Shown: in pieces, positions 42,490 through 53,234 of the stretch
Layout of the letters: every line of letters starts with the position of its first letter
Position numbering within the stretch: position 1 is the stretch's first letter
Assembly (NCBI GenBank): GCA_000146465.1
Contig: CP001944.1
Strand: one strand, 5' to 3'
DNA: 64,000 bases
The notes under the pieces: generated by a model
The model's database searches: none
The model's input: the letters and a program-made list of their open reading frames with translations, nothing else
What the model was told of the DNA's origin: nothing
Position numbers and translations under genes: made by a program

Positions 42490-42562
42490 GCCCCTGTAGT
42501 GTAGTGGTTATCACGCATCCTTTACACGGATGAGGTCCTTGGTTCGATCCCGAGCGGGGGCA
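42490..42562 (+). tRNA. tRNA-Val (UAC).
   Basis: GCCCCTGTAGTGTAGTGGTTATCACGCATCCTTTACACGGATGAGGTCCTTGGTTCGATCCCGAGCGGGGGCA. Seven-bp acceptor stem, anticodon stem CATCC/GGATG with loop TTTACAC (TAC), T-loop GGTTCGATCC. Confidence 0.9.
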
Positions 42563-42568
42563 TTTTTC
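42563..42568 (+). terminator. Pol III terminator T-run after tRNA-Val.
   Basis: TTTTT lies immediately 3' of the discriminator base. Confidence 0.6.
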
Positions 42569-42612
42569 TACTGTAGATGAAGAAAGAACTTCTTTTTAAG
42601 AGGATTTCCTTG

Positions 42613-43548
42613 TCAGAAAATGATATAATTTCTCTTTTTTCCTTCTAGCATATTTATCACCACAGATAGTTCATAATATGCATACCAAATAAACAATATT
42701 ATTAGCACAACAGATATGGCTATGTTGCACGAACTAGCAAACTCGTCGGAGATCTCCAGTTCCCTTCGAAAAAAGGGATAAATCCTTTTGGTAAGTTCTA
42801 AAAGGTAGAACATGATCATGATATAAAAAAAAGGAGTAAGGACTAATGCTATAGCAAAATTAACGGGCTTTGGGAAGTTTAGAAGATTTTCTACAATGTC
42901 CTGATTTTCGTGGGAGACAACTACGTTAACCACCCAGCATCCCATAACCTCTGCAAGTATCTCAATAAATGTAATACTTTCTATATTCTCCAGAAGACTC
43001 CAAGCCGAAGAAAAGAAATATTGTGCTTTTACAAAACGAATAACATGCTCTGGCCCCAGATTATCTTTCATCTTTTTTTCGTTTTTACCTTTCAAGAGAA
43101 TCACTAGAATAGAGACCCGAACAATAAGCATCAAAACTTTCCGGAGGTCAATGGTCTTCATCTTAAACACACTAATAACACTTTTGAAGAAGAATCCAAG
43201 AGTGATGTTTGCGAATATAAGAAGTGTATAAATAATACAGAAAGCCTTTCTAATCTCTAGTACCATTTTGACTTCTTCTATTTTTTTGGCCTGCTTCTCT
43301 ATGTTACTCCAAACTAACCCGAACTCTAGAAACCTCTTGAAAGGCCATAGAATATATCGGCTTGGAGGAAAAATCCTATAGATTGCATTAAAGATAAAGT
43401 CCCACCGAATTAATCCTAATATAACGATCACTATGCAAGTCCACGTAAGCCAGAAAAAAGTCCAGAATACTCCCCTTTCTCTTTTTTTTGAATATCTGTC
43501 TTTCCTTTTAGTACCATCTACATCCTGAGACTTTTTTAAAGTGTCCAT
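42613..43548 (-). CDS. Hypothetical multipass membrane protein, about 311 aa, AT-rich and K/I/F-rich.
   Basis: ORF with several hydrophobic segments. ATG at 43548; the track starts at TTG 43560. No family recognised. Confidence 0.5.
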   Translation of the reverse strand: MDTLKKSQDVDGTKRKDRYSKKRERGVFWTFFWLTWTCIVIVILGLIRWDFIFNAIYRIFPPSRYILWPFKRFLEFGLVWSNIEKQAKKIEEVKMVLEIRKAFCIIYTLLIFANITLGFFFKSVISVFKMKTIDLRKVLMLIVRVSILVILLKGKNEKKMKDNLGPEHVIRFVKAQYFFSSAWSLLENIESITFIEILAEVMGCWVVNVVVSHENQDIVENLLNFPKPVNFAIALVLTPFFYIMIMFYLLELTKRIYPFFRRELEISDEFASSCNIAISVVLIILFIWYAYYELSVVINMLEGKKRNYIIF

Positions 43549-43731
43549 TACAAATATCAAGGCACTGTCTTTTTTTGAGTATTTGCATCTGGCTCCCTGG
43601 AAAGTAATTGCATAAAACTGATGAATATTGAAACAAAACCGATTAGTTAATTACAGATTTAAAGGAGAAATAGAAAATGACATCCAAAGAGGAATACATT
43701 TACTAAGATGTTATCTATCTTATAATCTTCC

Positions 43732-44592
43732 TTATCTAAAACGAAAGGACAAAAACCTAGAAGATAAAAAAGGTTTCTGGCCTAATTCTTTTGCCATATC
43801 TATACCCTTCTCGAACACGAAAAAGCTCAACAAAAAAAGGATCAATCCACAAGCTACAGTAAGAATCTTCCTTGGGAGTTTAAAGTTCTTCAAGAGCTTT
43901 TTCTCAAACTTCATAAAGATTCCTATGATTATCATAACAAAGAATGATATGAAGAAGACTGGAAATACCACTTCCAGGGCCTTAAGTATATCTTTCTTTG
44001 CACTTACATCGGGAATCCCACGGCTAATAAAGTCAATAGCAATTTTCAAAAGTGATTGAAATTTTTGAAACTGTTTTTCTTCTATAATGGTAACAGTCTT
44101 TGTCAATATCCCTCCGCTTAGAATAGCTGTAATTGAACCCGATTCAAAGTCCTCGGAAAGTATTTGAGACAAGAACAGGACGTAAGATATAAGGATTGCT
44201 GATCCTGTCTTTTCTGAAGTCATTTGAAATTTCTTAGATCTCCATTCTTGGATTACAAACATCATTAAAACTAGATCTACTAATGCCTTTGCACATTGTA
44301 GAATTTCTAATTTTCTAAAATCTTCGGAGGAGGAGTCCCAAACCTTATACATCAGAATTGTATAGGCCATTTTAATGCACGGAAGTGCCATAGATACATT
44401 AGATATTATTCGAAACACCATCTTTTTAGTTGAGGTCTGGAGAGGGAAGACTTCAAGGAATTGGATTAATATATACGCCATAATAGTTATGTAGAAAAGG
44501 AATACTATTTTCTGTATCTTTTCCTTGTTACTGGGCCTAATCAGAAATCTATCCTCCTCCTCGCCATCTTTTACATCGATGATGGAGTTCAT
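43732..44592 (-). CDS. Hypothetical multipass membrane protein, 286 aa.
   Basis: ATG-started ORF with several hydrophobic segments and an acidic N-terminus. No family recognised. Confidence 0.5.
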   Translation of the reverse strand: MNSIIDVKDGEEEDRFLIRPSNKEKIQKIVFLFYITIMAYILIQFLEVFPLQTSTKKMVFRIISNVSMALPCIKMAYTILMYKVWDSSSEDFRKLEILQCAKALVDLVLMMFVIQEWRSKKFQMTSEKTGSAILISYVLFLSQILSEDFESGSITAILSGGILTKTVTIIEEKQFQKFQSLLKIAIDFISRGIPDVSAKKDILKALEVVFPVFFISFFVMIIIGIFMKFEKKLLKNFKLPRKILTVACGLILFLLSFFVFEKGIDMAKELGQKPFLSSRFLSFRFR

Positions 44593-44724
44593 ATGCCTCC
44601 TAAAGCTAAATTATTTATATAAAATCCACCAATAAAGTCACCAATCATGCTAGGCCAGTCCAAAATCAGAGAATAAGCTAAGATTCTTTGTTTGTTGAAA
44701 TTGTTTGGTGAGCAGAGCCCTTTA

Positions 44725-45972
44725 ATGAACGGGCAGAAGCAAGAGAACATCATTGAGGAAAAGGATGTGGGATTTATCCTAAGCTATGGAAGAAACTATT
44801 ACGCCGAAGGAATAATGGAAAAGGAAGCAGAGATAAGGAGGTTATTTGAACAGGTGAGCCTGAAGCTTGGGACTAAAGAGGTGGAGACGGGTCTTGCACC
44901 TCCGATGTGCTGGGATCTTCTTGGAGATAGAAATAGAATTCAGAGCGAGCCCAATCTCCAGGTTGCCAGGGTTTGCAAGGTGCTTGAGGGATACCAGGAG
45001 CCAAGATACATGATAGGAATTAAGATGATAGCCAAGTTTATTGTTGGAAAAGGAAAGCGTGTGGATGCTAGCCTTATACAAGAGGGGATGAGAGTTGGGG
45101 TTGATAGAAACAAATACCAAATTATCCTACCTTTGCCTCGGAAAATAGATGCATCTGTGACTCTGATGCAAGTTGAGGAAAGACCCGACGTCACCTATAA
45201 TGACATTGGGGGATGTAAGGAGGAGATTGAGAAGATAAGAGAGGTTGTTGAGGCACCTCTTCTGAACCCCGAGAGGTTTATTGCGCTAGGGATCGACCCT
45301 CCCAAGGGGGTTCTTTTATATGGCCCCCCTGGAACTGGAAAGACTCTTTTGGCAAGAGCTGTAGCCAACAGAACAAATGCATGTTTCATAAGAGTCATAG
45401 GATCGGAGCTTGTACAGAAGTATGTTGGAGAGGGGGCAAGAATGGTTAGAGAGATATTTGCTATGGCGAAGGGAAAGAAGGCTTGTATTATTTTCTTTGA
45501 CGAGGTTGATGCATTTGGAGGAACGAGGTTTGATGACGACGATGACAATGAGGTTCAAAGAACAATGCTTGAACTAATCAACCAGTTGGACGGGTTTGAC
45601 CCACGAGGAAACATAAAGGTTCTGATGGCAACAAACAGGCCAGACACCCTCGATCCAGCACTTCTCAGGCCTGGAAGACTGGACAGGAAAGTCGAGTTTG
45701 GGCTGCCAGACCTTGAGGGAAGAACATCTATTCTGAAGATCCATGCAAAGACGATGAGCGTCGACAAGGACATCCGCTTTGATTTGATTGCAAGACTCTG
45801 TAACAACGCAACAGGTGCAGAGCTGAGGAGTGTCTGTACAGAGGCAGGGATGTTTGCCATAAGAGAAAGAAGGAAGATTGCAACTGAAGCAGACTTTCTG
45901 AAGGCTGTTGATAAAGTCATCAAGGGATACGCAAAGTTCTCCTCTACCCCAAGATATCTGACCTATAACTAA
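44725..45972 (+). CDS. RPT1: 26S proteasome regulatory ATPase subunit Rpt1 (S7).
   Basis: [49 protein letters not shown]...[30 protein letters not shown]...ATPRYLTYN is near-identical in pattern to PSMC2/Rpt1. ATG at 44725; the track starts at TTG 44692. Confidence 0.95.
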   Translation: MNGQKQENIIEEKDVGFILSYGRNYYAEGIMEKEAEIRRLFEQVSLKLGTKEVETGLAPPMCWDLLGDRNRIQSEPNLQVARVCKVLEGYQEPRYMIGIKMIAKFIVGKGKRVDASLIQEGMRVGVDRNKYQIILPLPRKIDASVTLMQVEERPDVTYNDIGGCKEEIEKIREVVEAPLLNPERFIALGIDPPKGVLLYGPPGTGKTLLARAVANRTNACFIRVIGSELVQKYVGEGARMVREIFAMAKGKKACIIFFDEVDAFGGTRFDDDDDNEVQRTMLELINQLDGFDPRGNIKVLMATNRPDTLDPALLRPGRLDRKVEFGLPDLEGRTSILKIHAKTMSVDKDIRFDLIARLCNNATGAELRSVCTEAGMFAIRERRKIATEADFLKAVDKVIKGYAKFSSTPRYLTYN

Positions 45973-46026
45973 AGCAATAAACATGTTATGTCCTGTGTAC
46001 CTTTCTTGAACCACATAAATCTTTGA

Positions 46027-48615
46027 ATGGATAGTAGTTTTGGATTTGGAAGCCCTGGAATGGATGGAAATGTTTTGGGGGTTCTAGGAATACCATTAGA
46101 GCTTGTTTTTGAGGAAGGGTTAGATGCTGAGAAGCAAGCAAGTGTGATTCGTAGAGTAGAAGAAAAGACATGCTTCCGCCTCAAAAGGGAAATGGACATA
46201 GACATCTTGATATCTGAAGTGGCAAATGACGAGACTTCAACCATGGAGACCTTAAAGAGTTATCTAGGAAAGGGTCTTTTTGGAGGGAAGTTTGGTTTTC
46301 TGGATGCAGTTAGTGTGATTGTATGCTCTGAAAAGATTAGTGTTGACGAGATGTCCAAGCATTATGTGCCAATTGATGAGATCATGGGGGAAGAGGTTGA
46401 GGAGGTGTTTAGAAGAATTGCAGACCTTGAGGGAAGGAAACGGATCGAAAGACAGGCCAACCGATGGAGCTTGAAGTCTTTGAAGGACATTTTCAAGAGC
46501 AATCCCGACGAAGACAAAAGGTTTGCTGATGGGCTCTTTGTTTTGGAAAGATACAAGGAGGCCTATAGAATATACTCAAGATACAATGGAGTTGACGAAT
46601 TTTCATGTTATTGTATCGAAATGTCTATCTACTGCCTGATTTTGTCAAAGAAATCGGTTCCATCAAGTATAGTAAATAGCCTTGGGATGTTCGGGAGTGA
46701 GAAGGTATGTCTAGTTAGGATAACGAGTATAGCCATAGGCTTTTCGGACATTCTTGCCTTAGAGATGTTGGCTCTACTTCAGGAAAAATCGCTTTTTAAG
46801 GCTCTTGCCCAGGAAAGCTTGGCTCAGGTCTTAGATGGGAAGAAGTACCATAGAAAGAAGATAGAAATGTGGTTTAACTCGAGTTTAGAATTCCGAGAGA
46901 TGAAATATATCGGCCGATCGATAAGATGCTGCGAATGTTATCTTGACCTTAGCAACTTCAACTTTATTAATGGAATCTTACCTGAACTTGAGAGAAATAT
47001 ATTGCTCTCTCCCAATAGATATATTAAGGAAACTCTTGAGTTAATGAAGGGAAACTGCAGTCCTGGCTTGGAGGATGGAGTAATAGAGAAAAGTAAGGAA
47101 GAAATAGTCATATGGAGAGAATATCAAGGATCGATGTGCAATTTTCAAGGAGTTGCGAATGTTGTGGAATCGATTTTTGTGCAATTCAAGGGAAGAGGCC
47201 TTGTAAGTATCTTGCAGAAGGGAGAAGAGACTCCAAAAACCTACTGGACAAATCAAAAGGTTACCTTTGATGGGCCAGGAGAGTTTATTATCGAGGATAT
47301 TACTTTTAATGCCTGGGAAGTTGAGTACAAAGTGAAGCTTGGAATTCCAATTGATATTAGAGAGGATACACCCTTTATGCATGTGGAAATGAAAGACGTC
47401 CATGAAGTTCTGTGCGGGGAATTATACTTTCTTTCTTGCAAGATAGTTAGAAACCATAATTCAAGAGTCAAGATTCTCTTTGATAACAGAGAGTTCACAA
47501 CTAGTAGCAATATGTTTGGCTTTGAGATGGTATTTCAGGCCGTAGGCGTCTATAGTTGTAGAATAATCTTGGAAGCTGAAGGAGTCATTACATACAAAGA
47601 TGTAATGTTTACAGTTATTCCGTCTTTTTCGATAGATACTTTTAACTACAAGTATTGTCTTCCTCTGGTATTTCTGAAGATCGAGAGCCATATTGAAGAG
47701 AATTCAAGAGTAAGATCCTGTTTGGCACTTAGCAAGGATCTTGAGGTTTCTGGTCTGGACACTACTACTGGGTCATTTTATTCCTACAAGGAATATGCCA
47801 TTGAGTATTTCAGAAAAAACATTGTTGGTGTAGGAAGTGGAGATCTTGGACAGACTCTTGGAGTTGAGAAGGAGAAGCCGATACTACCAGAAAATCTCCA
47901 GAAGCTGCTACATGGTATGGACAAATCTCCACCAGTGACATCTGATCTACTTTTCAGCGACCTGATTCCTGTAATGGAAAAGAAGATGATTATACCAGGA
48001 GAAGGAACCTACTCCTTTTGCACCTTCCTCCAGGGGAAAAAACCTCTAAGAGAACTCCTGAGCCCAAGGGCTAAAGAACCTGACAAAGTATCAAAGAGAG
48101 AAACCAACGAAGTAATCCTATACAGTTTGAAGAATGAAAGCTTAGGGACGATTTTTGATGGATCCTTAGAAGAACAACCAGGAAAAATATCTATGAGAAT
48201 AGAGATTGAAATACCACCTAAAAGAGTGTGTGTGTTTGTGGTTAAAGGGATATTCGAGGCCCTGTTCTCTCCAGAGGGTTTATCTGATGAGGGAATAATC
48301 AAACCTATCTGTCCATTTGTCTACATAACACATTTCTCACCAGCACGGTTGAAGGAACCTACAATAATATACTTATGTGTCAGCAATTACTATGAGCAAC
48401 ATGTTCTGGATGTGGAGATTTCGTCTCCTACCATAGCCATATGTAGCTCAGATTCCAAATTCAGAGTTGAAAAACTTTCGTTCTCCCTTTTCGAGGTCCG
48501 ATCTGCATTCAAAAAGAGAAAGAAATATGAAGAAAGCGACATCAAAATTAGTATAAAGGTTGAAAACGAGGAGATTGATCATGAATGTTTGGTAGAGCTT
48601 CCACTTGTTTCATGA
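46027..48615 (+). CDS. Large hypothetical protein, 862 aa.
   Basis: Long ATG-started ORF with no recognised catalytic motif. One guess is a trafficking-complex subunit (for example TRAPP Trs85/Trs120-like), but that is speculation. Confidence 0.55.
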   Translation: MDSSFGFGSPGMDGNVLGVLGIPLELVFEEGLDAEKQASVIRRVEEKTCFRLKREMDIDILISEVANDETSTMETLKSYLGKGLFGGKFGFLDAVSVIVCSEKISVDEMSKHYVPIDEIMGEEVEEVFRRIADLEGRKRIERQANRWSLKSLKDIFKSNPDEDKRFADGLFVLERYKEAYRIYSRYNGVDEFSCYCIEMSIYCLILSKKSVPSSIVNSLGMFGSEKVCLVRITSIAIGFSDILALEMLALLQEKSLFKALAQESLAQVLDGKKYHRKKIEMWFNSSLEFREMKYIGRSIRCCECYLDLSNFNFINGILPELERNILLSPNRYIKETLELMKGNCSPGLEDGVIEKSKEEIVIWREYQGSMCNFQGVANVVESIFVQFKGRGLVSILQKGEETPKTYWTNQKVTFDGPGEFIIEDITFNAWEVEYKVKLGIPIDIREDTPFMHVEMKDVHEVLCGELYFLSCKIVRNHNSRVKILFDNREFTTSSNMFGFEMVFQAVGVYSCRIILEAEGVITYKDVMFTVIPSFSIDTFNYKYCLPLVFLKIESHIEENSRVRSCLALSKDLEVSGLDTTTGSFYSYKEYAIEYFRKNIVGVGSGDLGQTLGVEKEKPILPENLQKLLHGMDKSPPVTSDLLFSDLIPVMEKKMIIPGEGTYSFCTFLQGKKPLRELLSPRAKEPDKVSKRETNEVILYSLKNESLGTIFDGSLEEQPGKISMRIEIEIPPKRVCVFVVKGIFEALFSPEGLSDEGIIKPICPFVYITHFSPARLKEPTIIYLCVSNYYEQHVLDVEISSPTIAICSSDSKFRVEKLSFSLFEVRSAFKKRKKYEESDIKISIKVENEEIDHECLVELPLVS

Positions 48616-48660
48616 TATTTAGGAATAGCTTCTTAATAAAAACAGAAGAGAACCCTGGAA

Positions 48661-49728
48661 ATGGAGGAGAAACATAAATTCTGGAATACACAGCCCGTTG
48701 GCAAAAATGGATTGGGAATTATATCTAACGAAAGATCTGTATCTCTGGAGAAGCCAAAGCTTCCTGGGGGATTTCGGCTTGAAGAACTAGAAAGTATTGA
48801 GGAATTAGCCAGGTTTCTTGAGGAAAATTATGTAGAAGATGTCCATTCAGGACATATGCTTAAATACTCTAAAGATTTCTTGGAATGGGTAATTGGGAGT
48901 GATGAGGCAAGAAAGAAATATTCTGTTGTACTCCGATTGTGCGGACGGATGGTAGGATTTATATTTGCTCAGGAACATTGGATAGTTATCCGGGAACAGA
49001 AGAACCGTGTGGTTGGAGTGAACTTTTTATGTGTTTCGCAGGAAATGCGCGGGAGGGGATTAGCACCCATACTTATAAAGGAAGTTACAAGACAAGCAAA
49101 TGTGGATGGGATCTTCCAAGGAGTGTTTACAAACGGAATAGAACTATTTTTCAATATTTCTCACGGGAGATATTACCACCGGCCTCTGAATGGAGAGAAT
49201 CTGTTCATGAGTGGGTTTAGCGACCGGATTATAAAGTCCCGAAAGACTCATGTGAGAGAAGGAACAAGGGTAGCAGAGGAAAAAGACATGGTGGACATAG
49301 AAAAGCTGTATCTGCAAGAGAGTGAAAAACACATGTTCTATGAAGAAATAAGATCTTCGAATATATCATCTACATTTAAAACTGTGAAGAATGTGATACA
49401 TACATATGTCCATGAAAGCGGTGGAAAGATTGACGGGTTTGGATCGTTCTTTATAATTGACACTATTGAAAAAAAGTCCAAAAGAAAAGTCCAAGGAGGA
49501 TATCTGTACTACAGAGGAGGAAGGGATATCAAAGAAATGGTTGAGGATCTTATATATTTCGCAGAAAAAGAGGGATGCGATGTATTCACTTGCCTCGATA
49601 CAATGGGAAACTCCTCATTCCTGGCAGACCTAGGGTTTTTTCCTGGAAGTGGAGAAATCCGATATTATCTGTACAATTGGAGCACTCGGGAAGTACCGAA
49701 AGATAAGGTCTTCTTTATTCTTCCATGA
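48661..49728 (+). CDS. NMT1: Glycylpeptide N-tetradecanoyltransferase (N-myristoyltransferase).
   Basis: N-terminal KFWNTQPV. The domain order is collinear with NMT (FLCVSQEMRGRGLAPILIKEVTRQ). ATG start. Confidence 0.9.
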   Translation: MEEKHKFWNTQPVGKNGLGIISNERSVSLEKPKLPGGFRLEELESIEELARFLEENYVEDVHSGHMLKYSKDFLEWVIGSDEARKKYSVVLRLCGRMVGFIFAQEHWIVIREQKNRVVGVNFLCVSQEMRGRGLAPILIKEVTRQANVDGIFQGVFTNGIELFFNISHGRYYHRPLNGENLFMSGFSDRIIKSRKTHVREGTRVAEEKDMVDIEKLYLQESEKHMFYEEIRSSNISSTFKTVKNVIHTYVHESGGKIDGFGSFFIIDTIEKKSKRKVQGGYLYYRGGRDIKEMVEDLIYFAEKEGCDVFTCLDTMGNSSFLADLGFFPGSGEIRYYLYNWSTREVPKDKVFFILP

Positions 49729-49816
49729 GTACTGTGAAAGAGATAAGTAAAGAAAATGACTTCATAAAATCTTTTAAGATGGTTTAGAAATATTTGGCGT
49801 GTTTTCTTGAGGCCCA

Positions 49817-50734
49817 ATGAAGCTAGTGACTCACAATGAGAGGTTTCACTACGATGAAATTCTCGCATCCTGTGTGCTTCTTCGTATATATCCGGATGCT
49901 GAAGTGATAAGAACAAGAGATGACTCGATCATTTCTCAGGGAGACATCGTTTACGATGTCGGAAGGGTGTTTGATCCTCAGTCAGGAAGATTTGACCATC
50001 ACCAAAGAACATTTTCCGAAACATTTTCCCCAAAATACAGGACTAAGCTTAGCAGTAGTGGACTCATATTCAAATATTTCCATAAGAAGCTCTTGGCCTT
50101 GTACGGAGTGGAGGAGTCGTGCAGAATATACGAGCTTGTGGTAGACAAAATATATTCGGAATTCTTTCTTTACGCCGATGCCATAGACAACGGGATTGAT
50201 ATATACGGGGAAATAAGGCCTCGAAGTATTGCCGACTTGGTAAGTCTGTTTAATTCTGACGAGCCAAACGAGGACTTGGAAAATCAGAGGTTCCTTGAGG
50301 CGCTAAAGATTGTAGATAAAGATCTAGACAATTACTTAAAGAGAATCAGAACATGGATTGACAGCTATGAATACGTGGAAAGTAAAATAAAAGAAACCAA
50401 CGGCCCAATTCTTGTACTTGACAAGCACTATAGCACTGACCTGGTTTTGGAAATTGAAGGTAGCCATCAAAAAGATTTCAAGTTCATGGTATTTCCTTTG
50501 AGAAATGCTTACAGAGTAATGGCAATACCTAAATGCAAAGGGTCATTCGAGACAAAAAACCCTCTGAAGAAGGAATGGCGCGGGCTAGTAAACGAGGACT
50601 TAGTGCGGGTATCTGGAATTGAAGGTTGCACTTTTGTCCATTCTTCAGGGTTTATGGGGATTAACAGTTCTCTTGAAAATGCCTTGAAAATGTGTTCGGA
50701 GTCTCTTCCAAACAACAGAAATCTAAATCAATAA
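49817..50734 (+). CDS. MYG1: MYG1/UPF0160 family metal-dependent hydrolase.
   Basis: VTHNERFHYDEILASCVLLRIYP and IVYDVGRVFDPQSGRFDHHQRTF match MYG1 signatures (THDGTFHCDEALA...DVGG.YDP...RYDHHQR). Confidence 0.8.
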   Translation: MKLVTHNERFHYDEILASCVLLRIYPDAEVIRTRDDSIISQGDIVYDVGRVFDPQSGRFDHHQRTFSETFSPKYRTKLSSSGLIFKYFHKKLLALYGVEESCRIYELVVDKIYSEFFLYADAIDNGIDIYGEIRPRSIADLVSLFNSDEPNEDLENQRFLEALKIVDKDLDNYLKRIRTWIDSYEYVESKIKETNGPILVLDKHYSTDLVLEIEGSHQKDFKFMVFPLRNAYRVMAIPKCKGSFETKNPLKKEWRGLVNEDLVRVSGIEGCTFVHSSGFMGINSSLENALKMCSESLPNNRNLNQ

Positions 50735-50758
50735 AACAACAATTTATTCAATACGAAC

Positions 50759-52003
50759 TCATGGATCTTCCTTTGAATCGAACGTTTCGTAGTCGTCGGA
50801 GTCTTCTCCTTCTTTTTTCTTGGACAGCTCTTCGTCGTCGCTCTCATCACTTATAAAAGATGGCGGAATGTCGATCATTTGTACCGACGGCGCATGAGAT
50901 ATTCCTCGAAGATTCTCATACACCGATGCTATAATGCTATCCAGACTTTCTCTGGTGTTCTGATTAGCTATATTTGATGTAGGGACATCTATCTTATATG
51001 TTGGAGCATAATAGTCAAAGTACTCATTGTAGGGTATCTCTTTTGGAATATCCACATCCAGAACAACACTTGTCCCATAAGCCCATGCTTTTGAGACATT
51101 CCCGATAGTGTATCCTCCACCGCCGAGGAGAATAAGAGGGATATTAAAGCTCTGCACAAACTTGATACATCTAGAATGTCCCAGGTGCGAAAGATTGAAG
51201 CATCCTAATTTATCTCCAGAAAGTGAGTCTGCTCCCGACTGGAGTACAATTGCATTCGGCCTATAAACTTCTATAACCTTACTAACAACCGGCTTGAAAA
51301 TGCTAAAGTAACTTTCGTCGTCAATTCCATCTTTTAGAGGAACATTGACAGAATAACCTCTTCCCTTTGCTAACCCAATGTCCGAGACCATTCCGGTTCC
51401 TGGGAAGTAGTCTCCATACTTGTGAAAGGAAACAGTCATCACTCTGTCTGTGGTATAGAATGCCTCCTCAACCCCGTCTCCATGATGCACGTCTATATCT
51501 ATGTATAGAACCCTCTTGTTATACTTCAGAAGCTCAAGAATTCCTAGAACTATGTCATTTACATAACAAAACCCCGAAGCTTCGCTTCTCTTGGCATGGT
51601 GCAATCCCCCAGCCCAGTTGATTGCAACGTCGTATTTCCCAGAGCTAATCTTCTGAGCCGCATAAATGCTTCCTCCTGCAGTAAGTTTGCAGTAATCATA
51701 AAGCCCTGGAAACACAGGGCAGTCATCTCTAATGTTGAACTTGTGAAGGTCTTTAATCATTTCCTCCATGTTTTCACTGGAAACACTTGAAAGGAAGTTT
51801 ATATAATCCACTGAATGGAAGTTTGTTAGGTTTTCATATGATGCCTGAAATGGCCTGAGGATATCCATGTACTTGTAAAGTTCATATCCAACAAGAAGAG
51901 TATGTGTCATCTTTACTCTCAGAGGTTTCATAGGATGTCCCATTGCATAGCTGAAGTTCCCTATTTCGGGATCGTAAAAGTATACCACTCTCTTACTACT
52001 CAT
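50759..52003 (-). CDS. RPD3: Class I histone deacetylase (Rpd3/HDAC1-like).
   Basis: [87 protein letters not shown] and [16 protein letters not shown]. Acidic C-terminal tail. Confidence 0.95.
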   Translation of the reverse strand: MSSKRVVYFYDPEIGNFSYAMGHPMKPLRVKMTHTLLVGYELYKYMDILRPFQASYENLTNFHSVDYINFLSSVSSENMEEMIKDLHKFNIRDDCPVFPGLYDYCKLTAGGSIYAAQKISSGKYDVAINWAGGLHHAKRSEASGFCYVNDIVLGILELLKYNKRVLYIDIDVHHGDGVEEAFYTTDRVMTVSFHKYGDYFPGTGMVSDIGLAKGRGYSVNVPLKDGIDDESYFSIFKPVVSKVIEVYRPNAIVLQSGADSLSGDKLGCFNLSHLGHSRCIKFVQSFNIPLILLGGGGYTIGNVSKAWAYGTSVVLDVDIPKEIPYNEYFDYYAPTYKIDVPTSNIANQNTRESLDSIIASVYENLRGISHAPSVQMIDIPPSFISDESDDEELSKKKEGEDSDDYETFDSKEDP

Positions 52004-52082
52004 CCGGGGTTAAAAATTTCGGTATCAAATATCATAGGTGTACTTTCAGGCCTTCGGATCTTATAGGATATGGTTTCCTCCA

Positions 52083-53126
52083 TTATCTATAGCTAAACTT
52101 CAGGAGCCCACAAATTCCTCCCATCTCCTTCAGCTTCTCCCCAGAGAAATGTGCAACAGGGACAATAGATATCTTGCAGTTCATCCCTTGGATCTCTCGG
52201 CAGAACAATTCCATCTCTCTTCTTTTCTCAACATCATTAGGCCTCATTTTTTCATCGGTGATCATGAGCCGGTCTAGGGCTCCGTAGTCCATTGCTTCCC
52301 TAATACTTTCCATTCCGATGCAGACCAGGTCAGACCCTTTTGCGAACTTGACAAAAAAGTTGTCCACCTCCCTTAGATCGTCAATATACTGAACTCCCTG
52401 AAAAGTCTTGGAGAGATCTTTGTCTGTGAGTATTGTATTGATGACCTTTGAATTAGAGCATCCTCTGCATTCAGGAGGGACCTTAACCACACAGAAGCTG
52501 CTCTGTATCTTCTTTAACTCCTTCGAGTTCACCACAGCCTTGTAAAACTCGTTTCTTATCTCGAATGCACTTGCAACCACAAATAGACTTATCTTATCAG
52601 CATACTTCTCCAATGTCTTAATGACATTGGTAAATTTCTTGTTTTTCATCTCCTGCTTTAATACTATACTAATTTTACTACGGGTTACTATAGACACAAC
52701 ACATTCTTTTTCGTAAAACACTACAAAAGCTGTTTCAAGCTGGGGCTTTGCAGCCTCTTTGAGTAATCTTATAGACATCTCCTGCCATTCGTCTTTTTCC
52801 AATGAAAAAGGCTGCCCAAGAGTTATATCTATCGTATGGTACGACCCAAGCTTGACATATTCATTAATTAGAACGGTCTTTCCCTTAAGATATATGGTAG
52901 AGCTTTCCAAGTCCACATTTATGGCTTCCACTTTTATTTTTAGTGTGAGTGTTACTCTATGCTGCGTCTTTCCATCAATTTGGATTTTACGTGTTGTCAC
53001 CGACGTCACCATATCACCCACTTCTATGACAGAACTTAGAGTGTATATGTCTTCTTGATGCTCTGGAGTCATTTTTATGCTTCCTGATCTGCATTTTTGG
53101 TCTATTTTATTCTTCTCGAGCTTCAT
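52083..53126 (-). CDS. DOM34: Pelota/Dom34 ribosome-rescue factor.
   Basis: N-terminal beta-barrel (GSIKMTPEHQEDIYTLSSVIEVGDMV), a central domain, and a C-terminal eRF1-like domain 3 (MDYGALDRLMITDE). ATG start. Confidence 0.85.
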   Translation of the reverse strand: MKLEKNKIDQKCRSGSIKMTPEHQEDIYTLSSVIEVGDMVTSVTTRKIQIDGKTQHRVTLTLKIKVEAINVDLESSTIYLKGKTVLINEYVKLGSYHTIDITLGQPFSLEKDEWQEMSIRLLKEAAKPQLETAFVVFYEKECVVSIVTRSKISIVLKQEMKNKKFTNVIKTLEKYADKISLFVVASAFEIRNEFYKAVVNSKELKKIQSSFCVVKVPPECRGCSNSKVINTILTDKDLSKTFQGVQYIDDLREVDNFFVKFAKGSDLVCIGMESIREAMDYGALDRLMITDEKMRPNDVEKRREMELFCREIQGMNCKISIVPVAHFSGEKLKEMGGICGLLKFSYR

Positions 53127-53234
53127 TTCCAGGGCCGTTTGCCTCGCATTTGATAAGGAATTCGGCCTGTTTTAAAACACCCGTCATTTGAATTCTGCTA
53201 CAAAGGAATAAGTTAGATTATTGATTTCCCAGAC

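Noticed and set aside
45195-46014. Four overlapping minus-strand ORFs of 80-146 aa (45195-45548, 45316-45558, 45555-45923, 45574-46014).
   Set aside because: They are antisense to the near-perfectly conserved Rpt1 proteasome ATPase gene, so they are shadow ORFs.
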